In this document: positions 48,656 to 60,200 of the stretch, one piece after another
Position numbering within the stretch: the stretch's first letter is position 1
Layout: each line of letters opens with the position of its first letter
DNA from: Hypanus sabinus
Lineage: Eukaryota
Direction of reading: 5' to 3'
NCBI RefSeq assembly: GCF_030144855.1
Contig: NC_082713.1
Location: 34,844,001-34,908,000, forward strand
DNA: 64,000 nucleotides
Made by a program: the position numbers and the translations under genes
Notes under the pieces: model-generated
Told to the model about the DNA's origin: nothing
Seen by the model: the letters and a program-made list of their open reading frames with translations, nothing else
Database searches by the model: none

Positions 48656-49467
48656 TTCCTGTATCCTCTTTAATATTATTGACTAAGTTACTTTTGTATT
48701 TCATCTTTTCCTCATAATGACTTTTTTAGTTTCCTTCTGTTGGTTTTTATTATCTTCTCAATCTTCTAATTTCCCACTATTTTTTGCTCTATTATATGCC
48801 CTCTCTTTGGCTTTGATATTGGTTTTGACTTCTCTTATTAGCTATGATTGTATCATCTTGCCTTTAGAATACTTCTTCCTCTTTGCAATGTATGCATCCT
48901 ATGCTTCTGAATTCCAGCCATAGCTACTGTGCCATCATCCCTGCCAGTGCTCTTTTCCAATCAATTTTGGAAAGCTCCACTGCAATGCCTCTGTAATCCC
49001 CTTTACACCACAGTAATACTGATACATCTGACTTTAGCTTCTTCTTATCAAATTGCAGGGTGAATTCTATCATATTATGTTCACTGGCCCTTGAGGACTC
49101 TTTTACCTTAAGCTATCTAGTCAATTCTGGTTCATTGCAGAACACCTAACCCAGTATTCCTGATCCACTAGTAAGTTCAACCACAAGCTGCTCTAAAAGG
49201 ACATCTCATAGGGATTCTAGAAACTCTTCTGCTCAGGATGCAGCACCAACCTGATTTTCCCAGTTTGCCTGCATATTGAAATCCCCCATGACTATTGTAA
49301 TATTGCCCTTTTGGCATGCATTTTCTGTCTTCCATTTTAATTTGTTGACATCCTTTCTGTTGTTTGGAGACTGTATATAAATCCCATCAGGATCTTTTTA
49401 CCCTTGCAGTTCCCTAGCTCTACCCACAACAATTCAACACCTTCGGATCCTATTTCAACTGTCTAAT

Positions 49468-49890
49468 GAGCAAACACGAGGAAATCTGCAGATGCTGGAA
49501 ATTCAAATAACACACACAAAATGCTGGTGGAACACAGCAGGCCAGGCAGCACCTATAGGGAGAAGCGCTGTCGATGTTTCGGGCCGAGACCTTTCATCAG
49601 GACTAACCGAAAGGAAAGATAGTAAGAGATTTGAAAGTAGTGGGAGGAGGGGGAAATGCGAAATAATAGGAGAAGACCGGAGGGGGTGGGATGAAGCTAA
49701 GAGCTGGAAAGGTGATTGGCAGAAGTGATACAGAGCTGGAGAAGGGAAAGGATCATGGGACTGGAGGCCTCAGGAGAAAGAAAGGAGGGGGGAGTTTCTC
49801 CTATCATTTCGCATTTCCCCCTCCCCCCACTACTTTCAAATCTCTTACTATCTTTCCTTTCGGTTAGCCCTGACAAAGGTTCTTAGCCTT
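49468..49890 (-). mobile_element. Young PLE pLTR with partial inverted duplicate
   Basis: Same subfamily as 15132-15954; 49795-49888 is the reverse complement of about 49585-49675. Confidence 0.85.
49570..49603 (-). ncRNA. Minimal hammerhead motif, sense to the TENM1 pre-mRNA
   Basis: Minus strand reads GTC-CTGATGA-A-AGGTCTCGGCCC-GAAA-CA-TC-GAC; core intact, one stem II mismatch. Confidence 0.65.
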
Positions 49891-51314
49891 TCCCAGCTAT
49901 AATCTTCTTTCACCCATCATTCAGTGATGCCTACAAAATCATAATGCAATCTGTAACTGTACTGCAAATTCATCTACTTGATTCCATATACTGCGCCTAT
50001 TCATATATAGCACCTTCAATCCTGTATTCACCCTTTTTGATTTTGGCCATCATTTACATTGCAACTCATCCTGTTGAGTGCAATTTTGACCTATCATCAG
50101 CATTTCTTTGCTAACAGTCTCACTACATGTTGCCTCTATTTGTAAACTAACCTCATCCTCAGATCTATCACTCCAGTTCCTATCCCCCTGCCAAATTAGT
50201 TTGAACCATCCTGAACAGTTTCTGTAAATCTGAATGATATTGGTCCTTGTCAGGTTCAGGTGTAACCCATCATTTTTTTCCAGGTCGTGCCTTCTGCAGA
50301 AGAGATCCCAATGATCTGTAAATCTGAACCCCTGCACCAGTTCCTCAGAATGTTCCTCTTAGATGTCGTGGACCCGGTCCAAGACATCCCTGATCCTGGT
50401 ACCTGGGAAGCAACATACCATCCGAGTGTCTCTATCGCACTCAAGGAATCTTGTTGTTGAGCTTCTAACTATGGAATCTCCTATCACCACTGCAGTCCTC
50501 TTCACCTCCCTGCTCTTCTGAGCAACAGAATCAGACTCAGTGCCAAAGACACGGTCACTGTGGCTTTCCCTGGAAGGTCATCCCCCTCAACAACATTTAA
50601 AGTGGTATAAATTATTGAAGGAAACAGGCACAGGTATACTCTGCACTGGATGTGCATTTTCCTTCCTTCTGACAGTCACCCAGTTACTTGTCTCCTGAAA
50701 CTTAGGAGTAACTATGTCCCTGTGGTTCTTGTCCATGTCCTCCTCCTTCTCGTTTATGAGTCGAAGGTCATCAAGCTGCAGCTCCATTTCCTTAATACGT
50801 TCTCCTAGGAGCTACAGCTTGGTGCATCTGGTGCAGATGTGTTTATCCAGGAGATAGTGCAAAACACTGCCCCTGGAGCTATTCTCACTTCACCACTCTT
50901 CCCTTACAGATGCAGAATCCCATCCTTTAGAATATCTTCCAATAACTTTCCTACTGCTGAAGTCAGGCTCATCGGCCTATAATTTCCAGGCTTATTCTTA
51001 GACCCTTTTCTTAAACAACACAACAACATTAGCTATTGTCCAGTTCTCTAACACCTCATCCGTAGCTAAGAGTGTTTTAAATATCTCTGCTAGGACTCCT
51101 GTAACTTCTGCACTAGTGTCCCATAGGGTTCGGGGGAAAACGTTTTCAGACCCTGGGTATTTATCCACCCTAATTTGCCTCAAGACAGCAAGCACCTTCT
51201 CCTTTGCAATTGGTACAGGGTCCACGACTTCACTGTTGCTTTGCCTCACATCTATCGACACTGTCAGACTCCCAAGTAAATACTAATGCAATGCAAAAAA
51301 TCCATTTAAGATCA

Positions 51315-51528
51315 TGTGGTGAACTACATATACCTGTCTGGACATGCCCCCCGCTGACTGTTCCTGTGGCTCCTCCCACAGACCTCAGTATAAAGGCGAT
51401 CGAAGCCTGAGCCCGGCCTCTCAGTCTCCAGGATGTAGTATGGTGGTCACTCACTGCTGGTTCCTTCTTCCAGCCAATAAAAGCCGATATCTCGCTTTAT
51501 GTCTCAGTGAGTTATTGATGGTGCATCA
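51315..51528 (+). mobile_element. Short solo LTR, 214 bp
   Basis: TG...CA termini; 5-bp TSD GATCA (51310-51314, 51529-51533); TATAAA near 51389; AATAAA near 51476. Confidence 0.82.
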
Positions 51529-51782
51529 GATCAGCTCCATCTATTTTGGCTCCTTGCATAGAATATCACTCTGATATTCCAGAGGACCAATTTTGTCCCT
51601 TGCTATCCTTTTTCTCTTTAATATATCTGTAGAAGCCCTTAGGATTCTCCTTCACCTTGTCTGCTAGACCAACTTCATGCCTTCTTTTGGCCCTCTTGAT
51701 TTCCTTCTTAAGTGTTCTCTTACATTTCAAATATCTCAGTTGTTCTGACCTGCCTATGCCTGCTATGCAGCTCCTTCGTTTT

Positions 51783-54700
51783 CATAGAAACATAGAAAAT
51801 AGGTGCAGGAGTAGGCCATTCGGCTCTTTGAGCCTGCACTGCCATTCAGTATGATCATGGCTGATCATGCAACTCAGAACCCTGTTACCTGCTTTCTCTC
51901 CATACCCACTGACCCCTTTAGCCACAAGGGCCATATCTAACTTCCTCTTAAATATAGCCAATGAACTAGCCTCAACTGTTTCCTGTGGCAGGGAATTCCA
52001 CAGATTCACCACTCTCTGTGTGAAGAAGTTTTTCCTCATCTCGGTCCTAAAAGGCTTCCCCTTTATCCTTAAACTGTGACCCCTTCTGGACTTCCCCAAC
52101 ATTGGAAACAATCTTCCTGCATCTAGCCTGTCCAATCCCTTTCGAATTTTATACGTTTCAATAAGATGCCCCCTCAATCTTCTAAATTCTAGTGAGTATA
52201 AGCCGAGTCGATCCAGTCTTTCTTCATATGAAAGTCCTGCCATCCCAGGAATCAATCTGGTGAACCTTCTCTGTACTCCCTCTATGGCAAGAATGTCTTT
52301 CCTCAGAATAGGGGACCAAAACTGCACACAATATTCTAGGTGCAGTCTCACCAAGGCCTTGTACAACTGCAGTAGAACCTCCCTGCTCCTGTACTCAAAT
52401 CCTCTTGCTATGAATGCCAACATACTATATGCCTTTTTCACCACCTGCTGTACCTGCATGCCTACCTTCAATGACTGCTGTACAATGACACCCAGGTCTC
52501 GTGCACCTCCCCTTTTCCTAACCGGCCACCATTCAGATAATAATCTGTTTTCCTGTTCTTGCAACCAAAGTGGATAACCTGACATTTATCCACATTAAAT
52601 TACATCTTCCATGAATTTGCCCAATCACCTAACCTATCCAAGTCACCTGCATCCTCTTAGCACCCTCCTCACAGCTAACACAGCCATCCAGCTTCATGTC
52701 ATCCGCAAACTTGGAGATGCTGCATTTAATTCCCTCATCTAAATCATTAATATATATTGTAAACAACTGGGGTCCCAGCACTGAGCCTTGCGGTACCCCA
52801 CTAGTCACAGCCTGCCATTCTGAAAAGGTCCCGTTTACTCCCACTCTTTGCTTCTTGTCTGCCAAACAATTCTCTATCCACATCAATACCATACCCCCAA
52901 TGCTTTAAGTTTGCACACTAGGCTCCTTTGTGGGACCTTGTCAAAAGCCTTTTGAAAATTTAAATATACAAAATCCACTGGCTCTCCCCTATCCACTCTA
53001 CTAGTTACATCTTCAAAAAATTCTATAAGATTTGTCAGACATGATTTTCCTTTCACAAATCCATGCTGACTTTGTCCGATGATTTCACCCCTTTCCAAAT
53101 GTGCTGTTATCACATCTTTGATAACTGACTCTAGCATTTTCCCCACCACCGATGTCAGACTCACTGGTCTATAATTCCCCGGTTTTTCTCTCCCTCCTTT
53201 TTTAAAAAGTGGGGTTACATTAGCCACCCTCCAATCCTCAGGAACTAATCCAGAATCTAAGGAGTTTTGAAAAATTATCACTAATGCATCCACTATTTCT
53301 TGGGCTACTTCCTTAAGCACTCTGGGATGCAGACCATCTGGCCCTGGGGATTTACCTGCCTTTAATCCCTTCAATTTACCTAACACCAATTCCCTACTAA
53401 CATGTATTTCCCACAGTTCCTCCATCTCACTGGACCCTCGGTCCCTTACTATTTCCAGAAGATTATTTATGTCCTCCTTAGTGAAGACAGAACCAAAGTA
53501 GTTATTCAATTGGTCTGCCATGTCTTTGTTCCCTATGATCAATTCACCTGTTTCTGACTGTAAGGGACCTACATTTGTCTTGACAAATCTTTTTCTTTTC
53601 ACATATCTATAAAAGCTTTTACAGTCAGTTTTTATGTTCCCTGCCAGCTTTCTCTCATAATCTTTTTTTCCCTTTCCTAATTAAGCCCTTTGTCCTCCTC
53701 TGCTGGTCTCTGGATTTCTCCCAGTCTTCAGGTGTGCCGCTTTTTTTTTTGCTAAGTTATATGTTTCTTCTTTGGACTTGATACTATTCCTAATTTCCCT
53801 TGTCAGCCACGGGTGCACTACCTTCCCTGGTTTATTCTTTTGCCAAACTGGGATGAACAATTGTTGTAGTTCATCCATGCGATCTTTAAATGCTTGCCAT
53901 TGCATATCCACCGTCAACCCTTTAAGTATCATTTGCCAGTCTATCTTAGCTAATTCACATCTCATACTTTCAAAGTTACCCTTCTTTAAGTTCAGAACCT
54001 TTGTTTCTGAATTAACTATGTCACTCTCCATCTTAATGAAGAATTCCACCATATTATGGTCACTCTTACGCAAGGGGCCTCACACGACAAGATTGCTAAC
54101 TAACCCTTCCTCATTGCTCAATAACCAATCTAGAATGGCCTGCTCTCTAGTTGGTTCCTCGACATGTTGGTTCAGAAAACCATCCCGCATACATTCCAAG
54201 AAATCCTCTTCCTCAGCACCCTTACCAATTTGGTTCACCCAATCTATATGTAGATTGAAGTCACCCATTATAACTACTGTTCCTTTATTGCACGCATTTC
54301 TAATTTCCTGTTTAATGCCATCCCCAACCTCACTACTGCTCTTAGGTGGCCTGTACACAACTCCCACAGCGTTTTCTGCCCCTTCATGTTAATGCAGCTT
54401 TACCCATATCAATTCCACATCCTCCAGGCTAATGTCCTTCCTTTCTGTTGCATTAATCTCCTCTCCAACCAGCAATACCACCCCACCCCCTTTTCTTTCC
54501 TGTCTATCCCTCCTGAATATTGAATATCCCTGAATGTTGAGCTCCCATCCTTGGTCACCCTGGAGCCATGTCTCTGTGATCCCAACTATATCATATTCAT
54601 TAATAACTATCTGCACATTCAATTCATCCACCTTGTTACGAATGTTCCTCGCATTGACAGTCAAAGCCTTCAGGCTTGTTTTTACAACACTCTTAGCCCT

Positions 54701-54847
54701 TATACAATTATGTTGAAAAATGGTCCTTTTTGCTTTTTGCCCTGGATTTGCCTGCCTGCCACTTTTACTTTTCACCTTACTACTTTTTGCTTCTACCCTC
54801 ATTTTACACCCCTCTGTCTCTCTGCACTTGTTCCCATCCCCCTGCCA
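51783..54847 (-). mobile_element. Young CR1 with essentially complete but frameshifted ORF2
   Basis: [70 protein letters not shown]; tail catagaaacatagaaa; 5' end stops at the ORF1 C-terminus WQGDGN. Confidence 0.96.
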
Positions 54848-54892
54848 AGGACTCTTAACCAAGGACAGTATCACTCAAAAACCAAAGTTCCC

Positions 54893-55001
54893 GAAACGTT
54901 GACAGTGCTTCTCCTTATAGATGCTGCCTGGCCTGCTGTGTTCCACCAGCATTTTGTGTGTGTTGTTTGAATTTCCAGCATCTGCAGATTTCCTTATGCT
55001 T
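54893..55001 (+). mobile_element. PLE pLTR tail with 6-bp TSD
   Basis: GTTCCC at 54887-54892 and 55002-55007; begins GAAACGTTGAC. Confidence 0.8.
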
Positions 55002-55224
55002 GTTCCCTAAACCTGTTAGCCTTGACTTTTATTCTGAGAGGAAGATACAAATTCTGTACACTCCAAATTTCACTTTTGAAGACCTCCCACTTACCAAGTA
55101 CACCTTTGCCAAAAAACACTCTGTCCCAGTCCTCACTTGCCAGATCCTTTCAGAAACCATCAAAATTGGCCTTTCTCCAAATTAAAATCTCAACCCAAGA
55201 CCAGACCCGTCCTTTTCCAGTATT

Positions 55225-55345
55225 ACAAACACAAGAAAATCTGCAGATACTGGAAATCCAAGCAACACAAACAAAATGCTTGAAGAACTCAACAGGACAA
55301 GCAGCATCTATGGAAAAGAGTAAATAGTTGACATTTTGAGCCTGA
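55225..55345 (-). mobile_element. PLE pLTR tail in old CR1
   Basis: aaacacaagaaaatctgcagatactggaaatcc...gttgacattttgagcc. Confidence 0.75.
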
Positions 55346-57319
55346 TAATTTTTCATAATTACTTTGAAGCTAATGGCATTATGCTTACCACCTGCAAAGT
55401 GTCCCCCTGCACAAACTTCTCTCATCTGCCCTGTCTCATTCCCTAATAGGAGATCTAGTATCTCACTCTCTTTAGTTGGGCCTTCTATGTACTGATTATG
55501 GAAACTTTCCTGAATGCATTTGACAAACACTTTCCCATCCAGCCCTTTTACAGTATTGCAGACCCAGTCAATATGTGGAAAGCTAAAATCACCTACTGTC
55601 ACAACCTTACATTTCTTGCAACAGTCTATGATCTTTCTATTAACTTGCTCCTCTAAGTGAGTGATCTATAATATTATCCCATTAATATGGTCATCCCTTT
55701 CTTATTCCTTGGTTCTACCCATAAAGCCTCACTGGATGAGCTCTCTAGTCTGTCTTGATTGAGCATTGCTCTGTCATTTTCCCTGTCTAGTAATTCAACC
55801 CCTCTCTCTTTAATCCCTCCCACTCTATCATGTGTAAACAATGGAATCCCATAACACTGAGCTGGCACTAATAGCTCACTAATGGTTACAATGTCATCAT
55901 TCCATTTGTTGATCCATGCTCATCCACCTTTCCTCCAACTCTTTGTATTGATTATGTAGCTCAGAACATTGGACCCATCTTTCGATACCTGACTTTCTAT
56001 GGAGGCGTAAAAACATCTTTTTCTGGAATCACTCCACTACCTGTTCTGGTGCACTGTTTCCCATCTTTGTGCAACTCAAGCTTGTTCCCCCCTTACCCCC
56101 ACCTCCTTGCAGCGCAAGAAAACCTTGCCACTAGGATATTAATCTCCTTCCAGTTCAGATGTAAACCATCCCATGTGTAAAAGTCCTATCTTGCCTGGAA
56201 GAGTGCCCAGTGATCCAAAACCTGATGCCACCCATTGTACACCAACTCCGTAGTCACATTTTAACTGTATGATCTTACTATTTCTGACCTCACTAGCACA
56301 TGGCATGGATAGCAATCCTGAGATTAGAATCCTGGAAGTCCTGTCCTTTAACTTAGCACCTAACTCCCTGAACCCACTTTCCAGGGCCTCATCACCCCTC
56401 TTACCCATGTCATAGGTACCAGTGTGGGCAACAACCTCTGGCTGCTCACCCTCCCACTTAAGAATACTATGGTTCAGTCCAAGATATCCTTATATTAGCA
56501 CCTGGGAAGCAACAGACTATCCTGGAATCTCGTTCTCATCCACAGAATCTCCTTTGTGTTCCGCTAGACAATGAAACCCTATCACTACAGCTTGTCTCTT
56601 CTCCCCCCTTTCCTTCTGAGCCACAGAGCTAGACTCAGTGCCAAAGACCTAACCACTGTAGCTTTCCTCTACTAGGTTGTCATCCTAAGTGGCATACCTT
56701 TTGTTGAGGAGAACGTCCATAGGGGTATTCTGCACTGGCTGCCTCTCCCATTGCCCCCTCTAGATAGTCACCTGTGTCGTGTACCTTGGGTATAACTACC
56801 TTGCTGAATTGCTTGTCGATCAAACCCACCCTCCACCAGCCTCCTGAATGATCCAGAGTTCATCCAATTCCACCTCCAGTGCCTTAACACTGTCTGTCTT
56901 ATGCTGCAGCTGGATGTCCGCCTTGCAGGTGTGTGGTTCATGGACACTGGAGGTCTCCCTGCACAAGCATCCCCAGTGCTCTAAATATGCAATAAGAAAT
57001 AAAGAATAAGTAACAAGAAAAATCTACCCTTGGCTTGGCCTCTCCTTGCTGAATCAAAGCCTCAACTCTCTACTGCAACTCTGGCCCACTCACACAATGG
57101 CCGCACTGCTTAAACCTAACTTTTTTCATTGGTACTTGTCACGTGCCTAATTATGCTCAATACAATGTTTCCTTGGGACTGTGGCATGGGAAATGTGCTG
57201 ACTGTCCCGTATTCTTCTTTTATCCTCCCTCCAAGCAATCTGGTTTCTCCTCAAGATTGTAGTGCTCAAATATCTTTATCCACAGCGCATTATTTATTCA
57301 AAGAGCTCTAATAAAATAG

Positions 57320-57950
57320 TCAATCAGGATTTCACCTTCATGAAAGAATGTTTAGTTTGCCTGATTCATTTGAATTTTTCTAAGTGTCCTGATATAACGT
57401 CTTTTATAATAACCTCTAACACTTTCTTATAACAGATATTAAGCTAATTGGCCTGTAGTTCCTGTTTTGTCTCCCTCTCCCTTTCTTTAGAATAAAGGCA
57501 TCACATTTGTTAATTTCCAATCTCATGTTATTTTCCATCAATTCAATGATCCCATCAGGAAGGTTGCAGTCCATTGGGATCTGAGGACTTGTCAACTGCA
57601 GCTTCAACAACTTCTTTGGAGCACTTCTCTGGTGATTGTAACGTTACTGAACTCATCACTTCCTTCCAATTTCTGATTTACAGTTCTGTCCTGGACAGTG
57701 ATGCAAAATATTTGTTCAATTCATCTGCCGTCTATTTCTAATGCTAATTTATGAGACTCACTTTCTCTAGGACCAATGCTCACTTTACCGTAAAAAGATT
57801 CAAAAATTTTATTTCCATTACTAACTTTTATTATCTATAGAAATTTCTAGCAATTGTTTTCACATTTCTGGGTTGCTTTGTTTTGTACTCTAATTTCTTC
57901 CCTCTTTATTACATGTTTAGTCATCCTTTGATGCATTAAATATTCTTTTC
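57320..57950 (-). mobile_element. Very old CR1 RT fragment
   Basis: KKGRGRQNRNYRPISLISVIRK. Confidence 0.65.
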
Positions 57951-58129
57951 AACCGTCTGTCTGATCTCTAAGCGTTATATAGCATGGAAACAAGCCATTG
58001 TGCCCGTCAAGTCCATGCTGACCACCATGTACTTATTTGCTCTAATTCTTACCTCATTTTTTCTTTCTCTTCGCATACTCCCACCAATTCCAATCTCTGC
58101 CCTCCGTTCTACCAACCATCTGCATATTT

Positions 58130-58300
58130 GTTGCAGTTAATTAACCTCTAATGTACCTGATTCCAGAAGGAAACTGGAGCATCTAGAGAAAGCCCCCAGG
58201 GACACAGGGCAAATATACAAACTCCACCTGGACAGCACTGGAGGTCAGGATTGAACCTGGAAAGTTGAAGCCATGAGGCAGCTGCTCTACTAGCTGTGCC
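58130..58300 (-). mobile_element. Degenerate V-SINE
   Basis: ggaaactggagcatctagagaaa...acaaactccac...caggattgaacctgg (V-core and B-box, reverse complement). Confidence 0.6.
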
Positions 58301-58550
58301 CCTGGACAGGTGGACAGCTGAACTAGACTAGAAATGGTAGAGTAAGGCAGTGAGCTCCCTTTTGAAGCACCTCACAGCTCAATCTCTCTCCTTCCAATCT
58401 ATGTGGCTGGAAAATAAACCCAGCATGTTTTATTATTCTGTTTTATATTTTAACCCACCCAGCACTTCTATCCTTAACACAATTCATCATCTCAATGAGA
58501 ATTTATATAAAGCATATTTAAAAATATAAGCAACAATGTTAATATCTTAC

Positions 58551-59061
58551 TCATAAACTGTGGTCCATCCATTTTCATTGTTCTTCGTTGCCAAAAGGCC
58601 AGTGTTGCCATGGTAAGTCATCATTGCTAAGTCATGACCATGAGCAGATACCTTTTTCAAGGCCCCATTGTTGCTGATGGTTAGCCAATACACCTGACCC
58701 CCTGGAACCACGAGCCAGAGGGGTGTACCATTGGCATCACGGCGAATATGGAGTGAGTTGCCATTGTTACCAGAGATAGTGCTGATGTCGCCCTCACTGT
58801 TGTAACTGAAGTTGTATATGTAATCTCCTGTTATAAGGTTCAAGGTGTTCAGGTGAGTCCCATTAACATTAAAGAGATACAGCTCCTGATCTGTGGGTGA
58901 AGCTACTTCATATACATTTGAACGGCTGTGACGGGGTTTATTCTTAGTCACAGCGCGGATACGGATATTGCCAAGGTCTGCGATGTACAGGGTCCCATCT
59001 GGAGAAATGGCCAAGGCTGTCGGTGTTTTCAGTTTGGCATCCTTGGCATAGCCACCATCAC
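58551..59061 (-). CDS. TENM1: Teneurin-1 internal coding exon (end of NHL repeats, start of YD shell)
   Basis: Acceptor ttctag|GT GAT GGT and donor TAT GA|gtaag; 511 bp, phase 1 to phase 2. Translates [38 protein letters not shown]...[20 protein letters not shown]...[10 protein letters not shown], matching the teneurin-1 sequence as I recall it ([26 protein letters not shown]). Confidence 0.95.
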
Positions 59062-59716
59062 CTAGAATGAAGGAGATAGGAAATTATTAATAATATCTGG
59101 TATAAATTTTAATCAGAAGTGGAAAGGTTGGAGTAAACCTATGCACCCATACAGTATAAAGCTGACAAAGTTTCAGAACAATTCATATGATATGAAAAGC
59201 TTGTCACTCTTCTAAAACTGTAATTTGAGATGTTGAAAACTTCTGTCCCTCTGTGTAAGATACATATTTATTAATTCTCATTTTCTGCATATTTGATTAG
59301 CTTGTCTTTAAAATGAAGTCAACTACCCTCCCATGCCCCCTTCACCAAATTACAATATAGAAAGTGAAACAACTTTATAAATTTCACTTTCACTATCCGA
59401 AAATGTGCACACTTGTGTATTTAAATTGGTGAATGCAGAAGTTCATAAATATTACCACCACTGACAGGCTTTTTTGCTGAGAATCTAAATAATAAGCAAA
59501 TTATTAGCATATTTGAATTTTCAGAGAAATCTCAGTCAAATCTAATCCTACTATATTCCACGATCAGACAGCATAGCTGTTGCTTCACATTTCCCTGGTG
59601 ACTCAAGTTCATCTGTTCACTGAACAAGGATCCGAATTAAGATCTGCTTTATTTGTTCCATGTTTATTGAAACACGCAGTGGAATGTAAAACTTGTGTCA
59701 ATGACCACCACAGGCT

Positions 59717-60030
59717 GATCAGAATCAGAATCAGGGTTAATATCACTGGAATACATTATGGAATTTGTTAACTTTGTGGCAGCAGTACAAAGCATGATAA
59801 ATATAGAGGGAAAAAAACCTGAGTTAAATGAGTAGTGCAGATGCAGAAATAAAAAAGAAGTCGTAAGGTAGTGTTCATGGATTCAATGTCCATCAAGAAA
59901 TCAGATGGCAGAGGAAGGAAGCTGGCCATGAATCATTGAGTGTTTGTCTTCTGGTATCTCCTTTCTGATGGTAACAATGATAAGAGGGCATGTCCCAGGT
60001 GGTGGGGGTCCTTATTGATGGATGCTGTTG
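59717..60030 (-). mobile_element. Rex1/Babar 3' fragment
   Basis: (ATCAGA)n tail; ggtggtgggggtccttattgatggatgctg. Confidence 0.65.
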
Positions 60031-60084
60031 ATGTGCTGGGGACAGTCTGCAAGAGTCACCATGCTAAAATAGCAAGCCCATAAC

Positions 60085-60200
60085 TTACTACCCTAACCAT
60101 ATGACTTTGGAATGTGGGAGCAAACCCGAACACCAAGAGGAATCCCGTATCGGCATGAGGAGAACAAATAAACTCCTTGGAGACAGCTGCAGGAATTGAG
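60085..60200 (-). mobile_element. V-SINE core fragment
   Basis: ctttggaatgtgggagcaaacccgaacaccaagaggaatccc...aaactcctt. Confidence 0.55.

Larger units (their letters stand above)
48660..50850 (-). mobile_element. Old CR1 5' half including ORF1 esterase remnants and endonuclease
   Basis: LQLDDLRLINE (coiled coil); GFRFTDHWDLF..DGLHLN (SGNH-esterase end); atgggggatttcaat (MGDFN). Confidence 0.8.
50905..57000 (-). mobile_element. Old CR1 host element carrying several nested insertions
   Basis: IRVDKYPG.. (50998-51261); VGDFSFPHIDW..KGLDGKVFVKCIQES (55150-55602); ORF1 esterase ELGAKLKDRTSRILISGLL (56139-56408). Confidence 0.8.

Noticed and set aside
58547-59014. ORF-track call of a standalone 155-aa gene
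   Set aside because: It is an internal TENM1 exon; the frame opens at the acceptor at 59061 and the stop lies in the donor (GA|gtaa).
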